This document shows positions 1 through 9,835 of a stretch of DNA of 64,000 nt, piece after piece. The position numbers and the translations under genes were made by a program. Numbering within the stretch: position 1 is the stretch's first letter; the number at the start of each line of letters is the position of its first letter. The stretch is taken from the NCBI GenBank assembly GCA_965113315.1, contig OZ220367.1; one strand, written 5' to 3'. Below the pieces are notes generated by a model. That model was not told the origin of the DNA. It made no database searches and saw nothing but the letters and a program-made list of their open reading frames with translations. The DNA is from Podarcis vaucheri. Its lineage: Eukaryota.

Positions 1-976
1 GCTACTCAGTTCACAGAGGAACCAGCCCATCCAACATGATACTACAAACTGTTCTGGACCGATGGAGTGCAGAGAACACTACAGAATGTCAGAATGGGAA
101 GAGGAGGCAAGTTCTTTTTTTATTTGTTGTTTTTTTTCCTGAAATTCTAACTTGCTTTTATTTTTAGTATAATTAGCATCACAGGAGAGTAAGTATCTGA
201 TTCTAGTAGTTATTCAATATGCAAAAACTCTTTTATGATAAATGTGCAGAATGGCAAGTACAGGAGATTCTTTGGATAGAAAATCTTTCATTTCTTCACT
301 GTTTTAACTTTGAAGGTTATATGTTGTGCACACACACACACACACAGCTTGTCAGGTGAACAAAGTGTAAAGTTTACAACGGTAGCAGAACAGCAAAATG
401 CCATTCTAGAATCCAGGAGAGGTTTCTGGAAAGACCTTTTAGTAGCAAAGCAACTGCTAAATGTTATGATACAAAAACTTCTAAATTAAAAAATGTTTCT
501 GTGTATTGCACTCTACCCAGTGCTACCTATTTCTGCAAATTAAAGAAAAAAAATAGTGTTAGAATTTTTTAAAACCATCATTAGGGGTTCAAAGCTCCTC
601 CCTGTCCAGAACCAAAACTACTTGTAGCCAAACAGGCTAAGTGTAGTCACATGTAGTTTTATCCACACGGCTGCTCAGTCCGCATGTGTGGAGGGTTTAC
701 TCTTTGCATGAAAAGGAGTGCCCACAGGATGGAAAAGAAGCCCATTTCTTGTCCCCTGCCTGACTTTGCTGCATGCGTCCCATTGCTTTAAGCAGCATTC
801 TCCCCTAGCCTGGCTCCAAGACTGAACATGAACTAAGAAAATGTCTTAATGCAGGAGAGCACAGTGAAGTGAAGTGAGGGTTAGTGGGTTGTTTCTCTCC
901 CCTTCCTCATGTACTCATTTTCCTGTAAAGTGCCCTGGTATCCCTGCTTCATAAGGATGGGACTCCCATCACATCT

Positions 977-1433
977 GTTGTTGTTTAGTTGTGTCTGACT
1001 CTTCGTGACCCCATGGACCAGAGCACGCCAGGCACTCCTGTCTTCCACTGCCTCATGGTCAGACTCATGTTGGCAGCTTTGAGAACAGTGTCCAACCATC
1101 TCATCCTCTGTCGTCCCCTTCTCCTTGTGCCCTCCATCTTTCCCAACATCAGGGTCTTTTCCAGGGAGTCTTCTCTTCTCATGAGGTGGCCAAAGTATTG
1201 GAGCCTCAGCTTCAGGATCTGTCCTTCCAGTGAGCACTCAGGGCTGATTTCCTTCAGAGTGGATAGGTTTGATCTTCTTGCAGTCCATGGGACTCTCAAG
1301 AGTCTCCTCCAGCACCAGAATTCAAAAGCATCAATTCTTCGGCAATCAGCCTTCTTTATGGTCCAGCTCTCACTTCCATACATCACTACTGGGGAAACCA
1401 TGGCTTTAACTATACGGACCTTTGTTGGCAAGG
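977..1433 (-). mobile_element. Bov-B (RTE-clade LINE) 5'-truncated 3' fragment
   Basis: ORF 985..1437 encodes an RTE-type RT C-terminus (KAMVSPVVMYGSESWTIKKADCRRIDAFEFWCWRRLLRVPW...LQYFGHLMRR). It has a CAA-type tail and a direct repeat TCACATCT at 969-976 and 1434-1441. Confidence 0.9.
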
Positions 1434-1908
1434 TCACATCTAGCTTGACTGAAATGGCATCAAGCAGAAAGCTGTCCCAGTGATAGCTTCCGATGCGCAG
1501 ACGTTTGAGGGTGACTGTTACAGAGCCCTAGAAGAACTGACTCATCTCTTCTCCTCCCTTGCCCCTCCATAGCTGCTTTTTCAGCTTTAGACACAGAAAG
1601 TTAATTCTCTCCCCCTTCTCGGCCACTGCAATGTCAGCTGCAAGTCAAAAGCAAAGCTGCAGAAGCCACTGATTAACAAAGCTACCCAGCCATGCTGCAA
1701 TGCCGTCTAAGTAATCATCTGGGTATCATGGAGTCTCTGTCCAGCGGGAGACTTAAAACAAAGATTTCTGTAGCTCCTGCAGCTCGGTTATTTAAGCCTG
1801 AAAGCAAATGTCTAAGGGCAGATCACTTGGCAGCTTCCCAGATTCTCGGTGTGGCATTTCAGCTCCAGCATTCTTCACTGGAGTGTTTGTTCATGTTATA
1901 AAGCCCAT

Positions 1909-2695
1909 TGTCACGGCTGCCTCAGGTCCCAGCTCACAAAGGACCAACACCAGTCTCTCTTTATATACAAAGGTCTTTATTGAAGTCCATTAGTTGTTCC
2001 ACAGTAGCGGCGCGCAGCCGTACGTCTGTTAGCTTAGACCGTAGAAGTCCCTTCTGAGTCGGTCCCCCCCCCTACACCAGCTTAAGATGCTGGCTTTGCT
2101 CCACCTCCTCCTGTCCTTCCTTTTCCGCAGGGTCTTTCTGCCCGCTGGAGTTCCGCCCCTCCTAGATTCTTCTGACGCTGAATCTCCCGACGGCTCTCCC
2201 TCCCTCCTGCGGGCTTTGGGACCTGGCTCCTCCCCCGGGCTCTCCGTTTCCCCGCGCGCTTGCACATTTGAACTTGGCGCGCGTGCCCAGTTTCCAACCC
2301 TTCTCCTGATGGTAACGTCACTCCTCTCACTGCTCCCCTCCCCTTCTGGGAGAGTGGCTTGTTCTGACCTCTCCTCCCTTCCAGCCAACGGAGCTGCTTC
2401 TCCTGACACACTGGAACTTCCCCCCCCTTCGCTACGCTCTGGAGGGGAAGCCGGCTTTGATCTCCAGCTGCTGCTTCGGGATTCCCTGTTGGCTCTTTCC
2501 CCCTGATGAGTCCCCCCTGGGGCTCCTTTCCCCCTGGCTACAGGCGCCCCCTCCTGGGAATCCCCTGATTCGCTGGAAAAGCTCATGGAGTCCCTTGGGC
2601 CCCAGTCCTCCTCCTCCTCCTCGCTGTCCTCGGACTCTGCCCAATGGTCCTCCCTCTCCTGCCTCCCATGTGCCTCTGCCCCTGAACCCCTGACA
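1909..2695 (-). mobile_element. Solo LTR (787 bp) of a Gypsy-like LTR retrotransposon
   Basis: TGTCA...TGACA termini, 5-bp TSD CCCAT (1904-1908, 2696-2700) and AATAAA on the minus strand at 1976-1981. The frame is open from 2695 to 2029 and resembles the LTR-encoded tail of the full element. Confidence 0.88.
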
Positions 2696-4249
2696 CCCAT
2701 GCTCATGTATATAGTGGGGGACCGGAAGCACTTAAATAGCAGACCCAGGCAATCTATCCAAAGGACAGCTACTGGGTTGTACTCCAGCCAAGTCAACTCT
2801 TCAGATTTATGTCTCAAATATGACCATATTTGGGGGGATTGGGGCGGGGAAGAAACATGAAGTGCCCTGAGCAACTTAGAGAAAGGGCAATATAAAAATG
2901 TTAGGAAAGCAAAAGGCATGTGTTAACACAAAAAAAAAAAAAAACATGCAACTTCGTGCTTCCTAGTGGCTGACTGGACAGTCTGTATGCTGGAGCTTAA
3001 TTAAATTAGTGGTTTAGTTAATCCTGTTCATGTAACCTGGGGTGAAGAAACACTTTCAGCCCGAAAATGGTGGTGCCAAGGGCAAAAGTCAGCAGAGCTG
3101 CAGCTGTAACTCTTACATACAGTGGCTGATATTCCAGCCATCCAAAGGTCAAAGGTTTCTATGCCCCCCACTCCATCCAGGCTGCAGGAGACTTGGGCAG
3201 TTCAAGGACACATTCCAGCTAGTCAAACGCACTCAAAGAAGGCACAGCAGAACCAATGAGAGGTGTGGCCAAGTGCTATTTTTGCATTAAAATGGTACCT
3301 GTTCTGACAATGGGGCAGATGGAGTAGAGAGGGGTTTTTTAATGGAACAAGGAATGTGGTTGGGTAATAAAGGAATAGAAAGTAGCTCTCCAATATATCA
3401 GAGAAACATGCCTGGTAGTTTACATAGGCACAAATGAAGTCTGTAGGAAGAAAGGAGAAGCTGCTTCATTCCTCTGTTTAGAAATGGTAACATGCACATA
3501 ACACGCACACTTAAGAACTCACCTGCTAAACAACTTTGTGTTCATTGTACTACCAACAGAAAATCACTAAAATTAAAAGACCATTTGGAACAATAGCTAG
3601 GTGTGCATTAAAATAACAAAAAGCCTAGAATTCCTTCTCTTAATTGCAGAGTTAATTTTAGGAATCCATCACCCTTAGTCAGGTCTTGTGCTCCACCCCA
3701 CAATGCAATGCTGAGCAACGTCCACACCTATTTTAACAATACGTCCCCTTTCCTAACTTGGCAGACGTGACCTACATCTGCAACCTCTCTTTCCCGTCTC
3801 CGGATTCACTATGCTCCTTCACAGTGGGCTCCTACCTAGGAACCTCAACTTTTATTATTCAGAGACCTACACTCCTTCCCCTTGCATCTCCAATCTAACT
3901 TGACACTTGAGACCAACCCAATAATTCCATAGCCTCTAGCTGCAGGTCACACAGATGAAAGCAAAAGACATGCTTAGGACTCCCCTGTACTCTTACAAAG
4001 AGTCTTCACAATCTTCCCTGCCACTACTCTTATACATTATTAAAGTACTATTTACTGAACAGCTGCATTTATTTATTTTCCAATACAATATGCTGTCTTC
4101 CGCTCATTTAGAAGCCAAGGGGTAGTGGTTCTTTCTGTTAAGGCTACGGATAGCACAGGTGTTGTTAGGTTTACCAGTTCTGAATATGCCACAGTAACTG
4201 CAGGCCATGAAATGGAAAGTCCCTTGTTGTATAAGGGAACCGGATAGGA

Positions 4250-4430
4250 AAATAGGAAGCTGACTTACACTGAGTCACACTCTTGGCTTATTCAGCTCAG
4301 TATTTTCACTGACTGACACTGGCTCTCCAGGGTTTCACGCAAGGGACATTTCCAGCCCACCCTGGAGACCCTGGGGATTGAAAGTGGGATCTTCTGCATG
4401 CATAGCAGATGCTCTACCACTGAGCTACAG
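4250..4430 (-). mobile_element. tRNA-derived SINE, degraded
   Basis: tRNA-like head on the minus strand (GTAGCTCAGTGGTAGAGCATCTGCT...) and an ...AGCTTCCTAT tail. A related copy lies at about 36195-36375 on the plus strand. Confidence 0.7.
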
Positions 4431-4726
4431 ACATTCCCATGAAATAAGGGGGTATATGGGCTCCTTCTATCCTTGGAAGGCATTTGATCAAGTAGAGGAA
4501 TCCCACTGACAGAAGGTGGCAGCAAGACTTTTGCCAACTCCCCCTGTAGCCCCCAGCATCACCACCTATAATGTTCAGAACTCCAAGACAGATTTCCTTT
4601 TATAATCATTTAAATAATTTAGTATTTAAATTAGTAAATTTACAATTCTAGGATTCTATGTATTAAATTTACTAATTTAATTGGAAGGGGCCCTGAGGGT
4701 CATCTAGTACATTAATTAATGATAAC

Positions 4727-5179
4727 TGTCAAGGGATGGTTAGCTGCTTGTGCTTAAAATTGTGCCCCTTCAGAGTTTGTGCGACCCCACAAACCTCTGT
4801 GTGTGACAGAGCTCCTCAGACATGTCTGCTCTAGTCACTAGTAGAGTCTGACAGTGGCTGTCTGCGGAAGCGCTTCCAGCAAAGAAGTTCCTTAACGGAA
4901 ACACGTCTCCTGGACTCACGACGTGGCAGCTTCCGGCGCAGCATGGGTCTCCCTGCAGTTGCTTCTGACACCTCCCCGCTATTTTCGCTCGAAGTGTCTC
5001 TCACCCCTTTCTCTCCCCTGCTGCTTCCTGCCTGGGCTGCTGCGTCTCTCTCAGCATTACTGAGATCCTCCTCCAGAGACCCCGCGCTCCCCCTGCTGGT
5101 CCCTGCTTTGGCTGTTGACTCTCTCCCAGTCTCTGGGAGCCTTACCACTTCCCTTTCCTCCGATGTCAGTTCCCTGACA
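4727..5179 (-). repeat. 3' LTR
   Basis: Direct repeat of 9836-10288; no difference found by eye. Confidence 0.95.
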
Positions 5180-6675
5180 TCCACCTCCCCTCCAGGGCCC
5201 CCCTCTCCCCCGCCCCTACTTTCTCCTCTGGGCGGTGAGGAGCTGAAACCCCTAAAAGAATCCTCTTCATCTTCAGACGTCTCGAACAATTCCCTCCATC
5301 GGTCTTCGTTCCGACTCGCTGAATCCTCCTCCACCTCGGAATCAGCGAACCCCTCCAACTCTTCTTCGTCGTCGGTGGTGGCGAAGTATTCCCTCCGGAA
5401 CCTCGCCACTGGCTGGGGTTTTCTAGGGAATCTCTGATGAAAAGTTTCAATCAAAACCTCGTCATCTACCTCCTCTGCCCTGACCCAGGTGTTTTCCGAC
5501 TCCGGCTCCCCTTCCCACATTACCAAATACTCTACTTGCTCTCCCCTCCACCTGGAATCGAGAATCTCCGCTACATGGTAGCTGTGTTCTTTTTCTTCCA
5601 TAGCTGGTCCCCTATTGACCCTCCCCTCTCTGTCCCCTATATACGGTGACAGCAATGATCTGTGGAACACTGGGTGCAACTTCATGTGGTTCGGTAACCG
5701 GAGTCTGAAAGCCACTGGGTTGACCTGTTGCGTGACTTCAAATGGGCCCAGTCTTTTGGGTCTTAACTTCTTACAACCTCCTTTAAATGGTAACCCTTGG
5801 GTGGACAGCCACACCTGGTCCCCCACCCTAATGCTTTCCCCTTCCCTTCTGGTTTTGTCTGCCTGCCTCTTATATTCCTCCTTCGCCCTGTTTAAATTAA
5901 GTTGGAGTTGGCGATGGATCGCTTCCATTTCTTCAACGAACTGTTCTGCGGCAGGAACGCTCCAGTTCTCCCCCTCCCCCCCTGGGAAGGCTCGGGGATG
6001 ACACCCGTGATTGGCCAAAAAAGGGCTCATCCCCGTGGACACGTTCTCTGCATTGTTATAGGCAAATTCTGCCAACGCCAGCTTCTCCACCCAATCATTC
6101 TCTCTGTCATTCACATAACACCTCAAATATTGCTGGAGGACACCATTAGCTCTTTCCGCCTGCCCATTGGTTTCTGGATGACGGGCAGTGGAAAAATTTA
6201 CCTCTACATGCAATAAGCTCATGAGCTTCCTCCAGAACCTGGAAGTAAATTGTTTCCCTCGGTCCGAAACCACCCTCAAGGGGGCACCATGCAACCTAAA
6301 CACATTTTCCACAAACAATTTAGCGGTTTCTTCTGCTGTGACCGCATGTGAGCAGGCTATAAAGTGGGCCATCTTGGTTAACAGGTCTACCACAACCATA
6401 ATGGCTGTCTTCCCTTTGGACCTGGGCAGATCAGTCATGAAATCTATTGCCACTGCCTCCCATGGTCTTTCCGGCGTGGGTAGTGGTTCTAATAAACCTG
6501 CCGGTGCCCGCCTCTCCCCCTTGGCTCGTTGACATCGGTCACACCCTCTCACATATTCACGCACATCTTCCCTGACCTTGGGCCACCAGAATTCCCTGGT
6601 AACCAGCCACATGGTTTTGTGTTGCCCAAAATGCCCTGCTGTGGGGCTATCGTGCAGTTGCTTGAGTACCTTTTC
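4831..6675 (-). CDS. pol: Pol C-terminal part: integrase (HHCC, DDE, GPF) plus chromodomain plus LTR-encoded tail
   Basis: HDSPTAGH...CDRC zinc motif; AIDFM/VSDRG/NGQAERAN catalytic triad; RLGPFEV; chromodomain YHVAEILDSRW...YLVMWEG...NTWV. It is out of frame with upstream pol at about 6675. Confidence 0.92.
   Translation of the reverse strand, partial: EKVLKQLHDSPTAGHFGQHKTMWLVTREFWWPKVREDVREYVRGCDRCQRAKGERRAPAGLLEPLPTPERPWEAVAIDFMTDLPRSKGKTAIMVVVDLLTKMAHFIACSHAVTAEETAKLFVENVFRLHGAPLRVVSDRGKQFTSRFWRKLMSLLHVEVNFSTARHPETNGQAERANGVLQQYLRCYVNDRENDWVEKLALAEFAYNNAENVSTGMSPFLANHGCHPRAFPGGEGENWSVPAAEQFVEEMEAIHRQLQLNLNRAKEEYKRQADKTRREGESIRVGDQVWLSTQGLPFKGGCKKLRPKRLGPFEVTQQVNPVAFRLRLPNHMKLHPVFHRSLLSPYIGDREGRVNRGPAMEEKEHSYHVAEILDSRWRGEQVEYLVMWEGEPESENTWVRAEEVDDEVLIETFHQRFPRKPQPVARFRREYFATTDDEEELEGFADSEVEEDSASRNEDRWRELFETSEDEEDSFRGFSSSPPRGESRGGGEGGPGGEVDVRELTSEEREVVRLPETGRESTAKAGTSRGSAGSLEEDLSNAERDAAAQAGSSRGEKGVRDTSSENSGEVSEATAGRPMLRRKLPRRESRRRVSVKELLCWKRFRRQPLSDSTSD
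5180..5194 (-). promoter_or_regulatory. Polypurine tract (plus-strand priming)
   Basis: Minus strand reads GGAGGGGAGGTGGA immediately before the 3' LTR TGTCA. Confidence 0.8.
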
Positions 6676-8837
6676 CCTTCAGGTATGTATAACGCTCCCT
6701 TGTAGTACAACGCCCCGTTTCTCTCCTCAAAACCCCCGGGTTTGTCTCCCTCCCTCCTGAGACCCCTGAGTTTGTCCTGGGCGTATTCATCCTGCACCGT
6801 TCCCTCTACCAGTTCCCTTTGCCCCACCAAAGCCGCCCCACACACCCAGCGGTCCTCGGGAATAACATGGGTCTCTTCGGGTGCACCCTCTCCCTCCAAA
6901 TATTCAGGTTTGCGTGAGAGAGCGTCCGCCCTAACGTTCTCCGGGCCTGGTACGTAACAAATCTCAAAGTTAAATTTGGAGAACTCCTGGGCCCATCTCA
7001 ACTGCCTTTGGTTGAGCACTCGCGCAGTTCTCCAATACTCTAGATTCTTATGGTCCGTGCACACTTGCACCTTCTGTTGTGCACCAATTAGTAGATGCCT
7101 CCATCTCCGGAAGGCCTCATAAATCGCAAGAAGTTCCCGGTCGTGCACCGTGTAGTTTCTCTCAGATTTGTTCAGCTTTCGCGAAAAGAAGGCACACGGT
7201 CGCCACTCTGACCCCTCCTTCCCCGGCTGCAGAAGAAGCACCGCCCCTATGGCTCTGTCCGAAGCGTCTGTTTCGACCCTCAGCTTTTTTTGTAAATCCA
7301 CATGTAGAAGTTGTTCGTCAGAGGCGAAGGCCCTTTTCAGTTCCTCAAACGCTCGCTCCGCCTCCCCCGTCCAAACAAACTTCTTTTTGCTGCTGAGACA
7401 GTCCGTGATGGGCGCCGTCAGGTGGGCGAAGTTTCGGATGAACTTACGATAAAAGTTTCCAAACCCTAGGAACCTCTGCACATCCTTCTTGGTTTTGGGT
7501 GTTTTCCATTCCAGCACCGCTTGAACCTTGCCGGGGTCCATGGCCAACCCCTTGTCTGACAAGCGGTACCCCAGGAATTCCACCTCCTTGGTATGAAACT
7601 GACACTTTTCCAGTTTCACCCACAGTCTGTTGGCTTGCAGCCTGCTCAACACTTCTCTGACATCTCTCACATGTTGCTCCTCATTCTCCGAATACACCAA
7701 CACGTCATCTAAGAAGGCCACGCAATTCTTGTAGAGCAAAGGCCCCAGTACATGGTTCATAAAGGCTTGAAAACACGCGGAGCCTGTTTGTAATCCAAAA
7801 GGCATAACGAGGTATTCAAATGCCCCCAAAGGGGTGAACATGGTGGTCTTCCATTCATCCCCTTTCCTTATACGTATCAGGTTGTACGCCCCCCTTAGGT
7901 CCAGCTTTGTAAAAATCTTTCCTTTTCGCACCCTGGTCAAAATATCATCAATCCTGGGCATAGGAAAAGCCGCCGGCTCTGTCACTGCATTTAGGGCCCG
8001 AAAGTCACATACCAGCCTCGGCTTGTCCGTGTTTTTTTTATCCACAAAAAACACTGGGCTACCCCCCGCTGCCTTGGACTCTCTGATGAAGCCTCTCTTC
8101 AGGTTCTTGTCAATGAACGCTCGCAACTCCTGCATCTCCCTGTCTGACATGGCATACAACTTGCCTACAGGAAGCTGTGCTCCAGGGAGTAAATTGATCT
8201 GGCAATCAAAGGGCCTATGCGGGGGTAGTTGGTCCGCTTCCTTCTCGCTGAACACGTCGCTGAGATCAGCATACTGTGGTGGCACCTTCCCCTTCTCCAT
8301 CACTTCCGTCCCTGCTAGGGTGGCTTGGGCCCCTGCTGACCCCTTTTCCGCCCTGCAGTGTTCTAAGCAGTGTGCGGAACCGAAGGAAACCACTCTTTGA
8401 TGCCAGCCCACCAGCGGATCATGTAGGGCTAGCCAGCTCATTCCCAAAATAATGGGAGCGCCTCCCAAGGTGGCCACATTAAACGCTATCAGTTCTGTGT
8501 GCCTTGCCACCCTCATTATCATTGGGACGGTCTGCAAGCTGACGCCTCCTCCCAACAGTTCCCTGCCATCAATCGTGGTCACCTGCAGGGGGTTGCTTAA
8601 AGGGATAGTCTGTATCTGGTGTTCAGCAGCAAACTCCTTGCTCATGAAATTGCAGGAGCTGCCTGAGTCCAACAGCGCCTTTATTTTTAGGGGGTGTCCA
8701 TTTTGCAGCTCTAGCGACACTTCAATCACTAGAGCAGGTCGAGGAGCTTCTGGCACTGGCACTTGGGGAAGGGGCACTTTCACTGCTCTTTGGCCTGGCT
8801 GCAGTGCCCTGCTGGCAACCAGGCGTTGGCTTTTACC
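6676..8837 (-). CDS. pol: Pol N-terminal part: aspartic protease, reverse transcriptase, RNase H
   Basis: ALLDSGS protease; KLDLRGAYN, VMPFGL and FLDD RT motifs; ETDASD, RELLAI and TDHKNL RNase H motifs. It lies in the -1 frame relative to gag. Confidence 0.93.
8772..8837 (-). promoter_or_regulatory. Gag-pol -1 programmed frameshift signal (G_GUA_AAA plus H-type pseudoknot)
   Basis: Heptamer at 8831-8837 and a 6-nt spacer. Stem 1 is GCCUGGUUGC/GCAGCCAGGC; stem 2 is GGGCACU/AGUGCCC. Confidence 0.8.
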
Positions 8838-9790
8838 TGCTCCGTTTCTCCCTGCTCTTCCCCCTCAACAGCTCCCACCATCCCTTGCCATTCCTTCCTC
8901 TGGGGGCAGACTCTGGCAAAGTGGCCTGGCTGTTGGCAGAGATAGCATTTCCGGGCTCCCTTTCCCTCCTTCTTCGCCCCCTCACTGGGCTTTGAAACTG
9001 CGCGCGCGCGGGCTGTTCCGATTTCCATCGGCTCTGCCGGCGGGAAAGCTGGCTCAGGAATGTCTGGAATGCGTAACTCCTTCCAACGTTCCCCTCTCCC
9101 TTCCCGCCTCTCCAAGGCTCTTGCCTCCTGGCGCGCTCCAATGGTCAGCGCAGATTTGGTCAGCTGATCCATAGACCCCGCCCTGGGGCTCCTGGCCAGC
9201 TCGTCTTTCACAGCTGAAGAAAGACCTTCTTCAAATAGCATCTGAATGGGTGCCGCCGATAAATCCCACCCCAATCTGTGAATCAGCATGGTAAATTCAG
9301 TCCAGTACTCACGGACAGATCTGCTTCCCTGCTTGCAAGCCATTAGCTGTCTGCGTACCAACCCTTCCTCAATATCGCTGGAAAACATGATATCCATTGC
9401 ACGAAAGAATTTCATAGTGTCCTTTAGGATATCGTTGTGCGTTGCCATCAGGGGTCGAACCCAGTCCCGCGCCCCCTTCTCAAGATGCCCAATTACGAAC
9501 GCAACTCGCGATTCCTCATCAGGGAACTCATCAAACTGCACATTCAGAGCATATTGCATCTCAGTCCTAAAGGCATGGTAATCCTTGGGGTCCCCCCCAA
9601 ACTTCTGCACCAATCCTGGTACCTTTCTGGGGAACTGAGTGGTTCTCCCCTTTTTGTCAGCATCCTGAGCCCTTCTCTCCTCGAGCCTCGCCGTCTGCAG
9701 CGCAAGTTGGACCTCCAGAGCTTGATACCTTTCTTCCAAGCTTGGACCAGCTCCAACCCCTGCGTCTCCGGTTCCGACTGGGTTGCTCAT
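8780..9790 (-). CDS. gag: Gag (336 aa), capsid plus CCHC zinc knuckle
   Basis: Intact ORF with the retrotransposon gag motif CKQGSRSVREYWTEF and zinc knuckle CYLCQQPGHFARVC. Confidence 0.93.
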   Translation of the reverse strand: MSNPVGTGDAGVGAGPSLEERYQALEVQLALQTARLEERRAQDADKKGRTTQFPRKVPGLVQKFGGDPKDYHAFRTEMQYALNVQFDEFPDEESRVAFVIGHLEKGARDWVRPLMATHNDILKDTMKFFRAMDIMFSSDIEEGLVRRQLMACKQGSRSVREYWTEFTMLIHRLGWDLSAAPIQMLFEEGLSSAVKDELARSPRAGSMDQLTKSALTIGARQEARALERREGRGERWKELRIPDIPEPAFPPAEPMEIGTARARAVSKPSEGAKKEGKGARKCYLCQQPGHFARVCPQRKEWQGMVGAVEGEEQGETEQVKANAWLPAGHCSQAKEQ

Positions 9791-9822
9791 GATGCTTTCT
9801 CCTGCACAGGCAGCGTACAGAG

Positions 9823-9833
9823 ACTGTCAGACT
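9823..9833 (-). promoter_or_regulatory. Self-priming primer-binding site
   Basis: AGTCTGACAGT lies 2 nt after the 5' LTR and is the exact reverse complement of LTR positions 9954-9964. There is no TGG tRNA-type PBS. Confidence 0.8.
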
Positions 9834-9835
9834 GC

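Noticed and set aside
1-39. Short open frame ATQFTEEPAHPT* that might be the P2RY13 C-terminus expected by synteny
   Set aside because: Too short to recognise; needs the upstream window.
2696-2919. N-terminal hydrophobic part of the 296-aa ORF 2029..2919 as a real gene or env
   Set aside because: It lies outside the TSD-bounded LTR, so it is a chance in-frame extension into flanking DNA.
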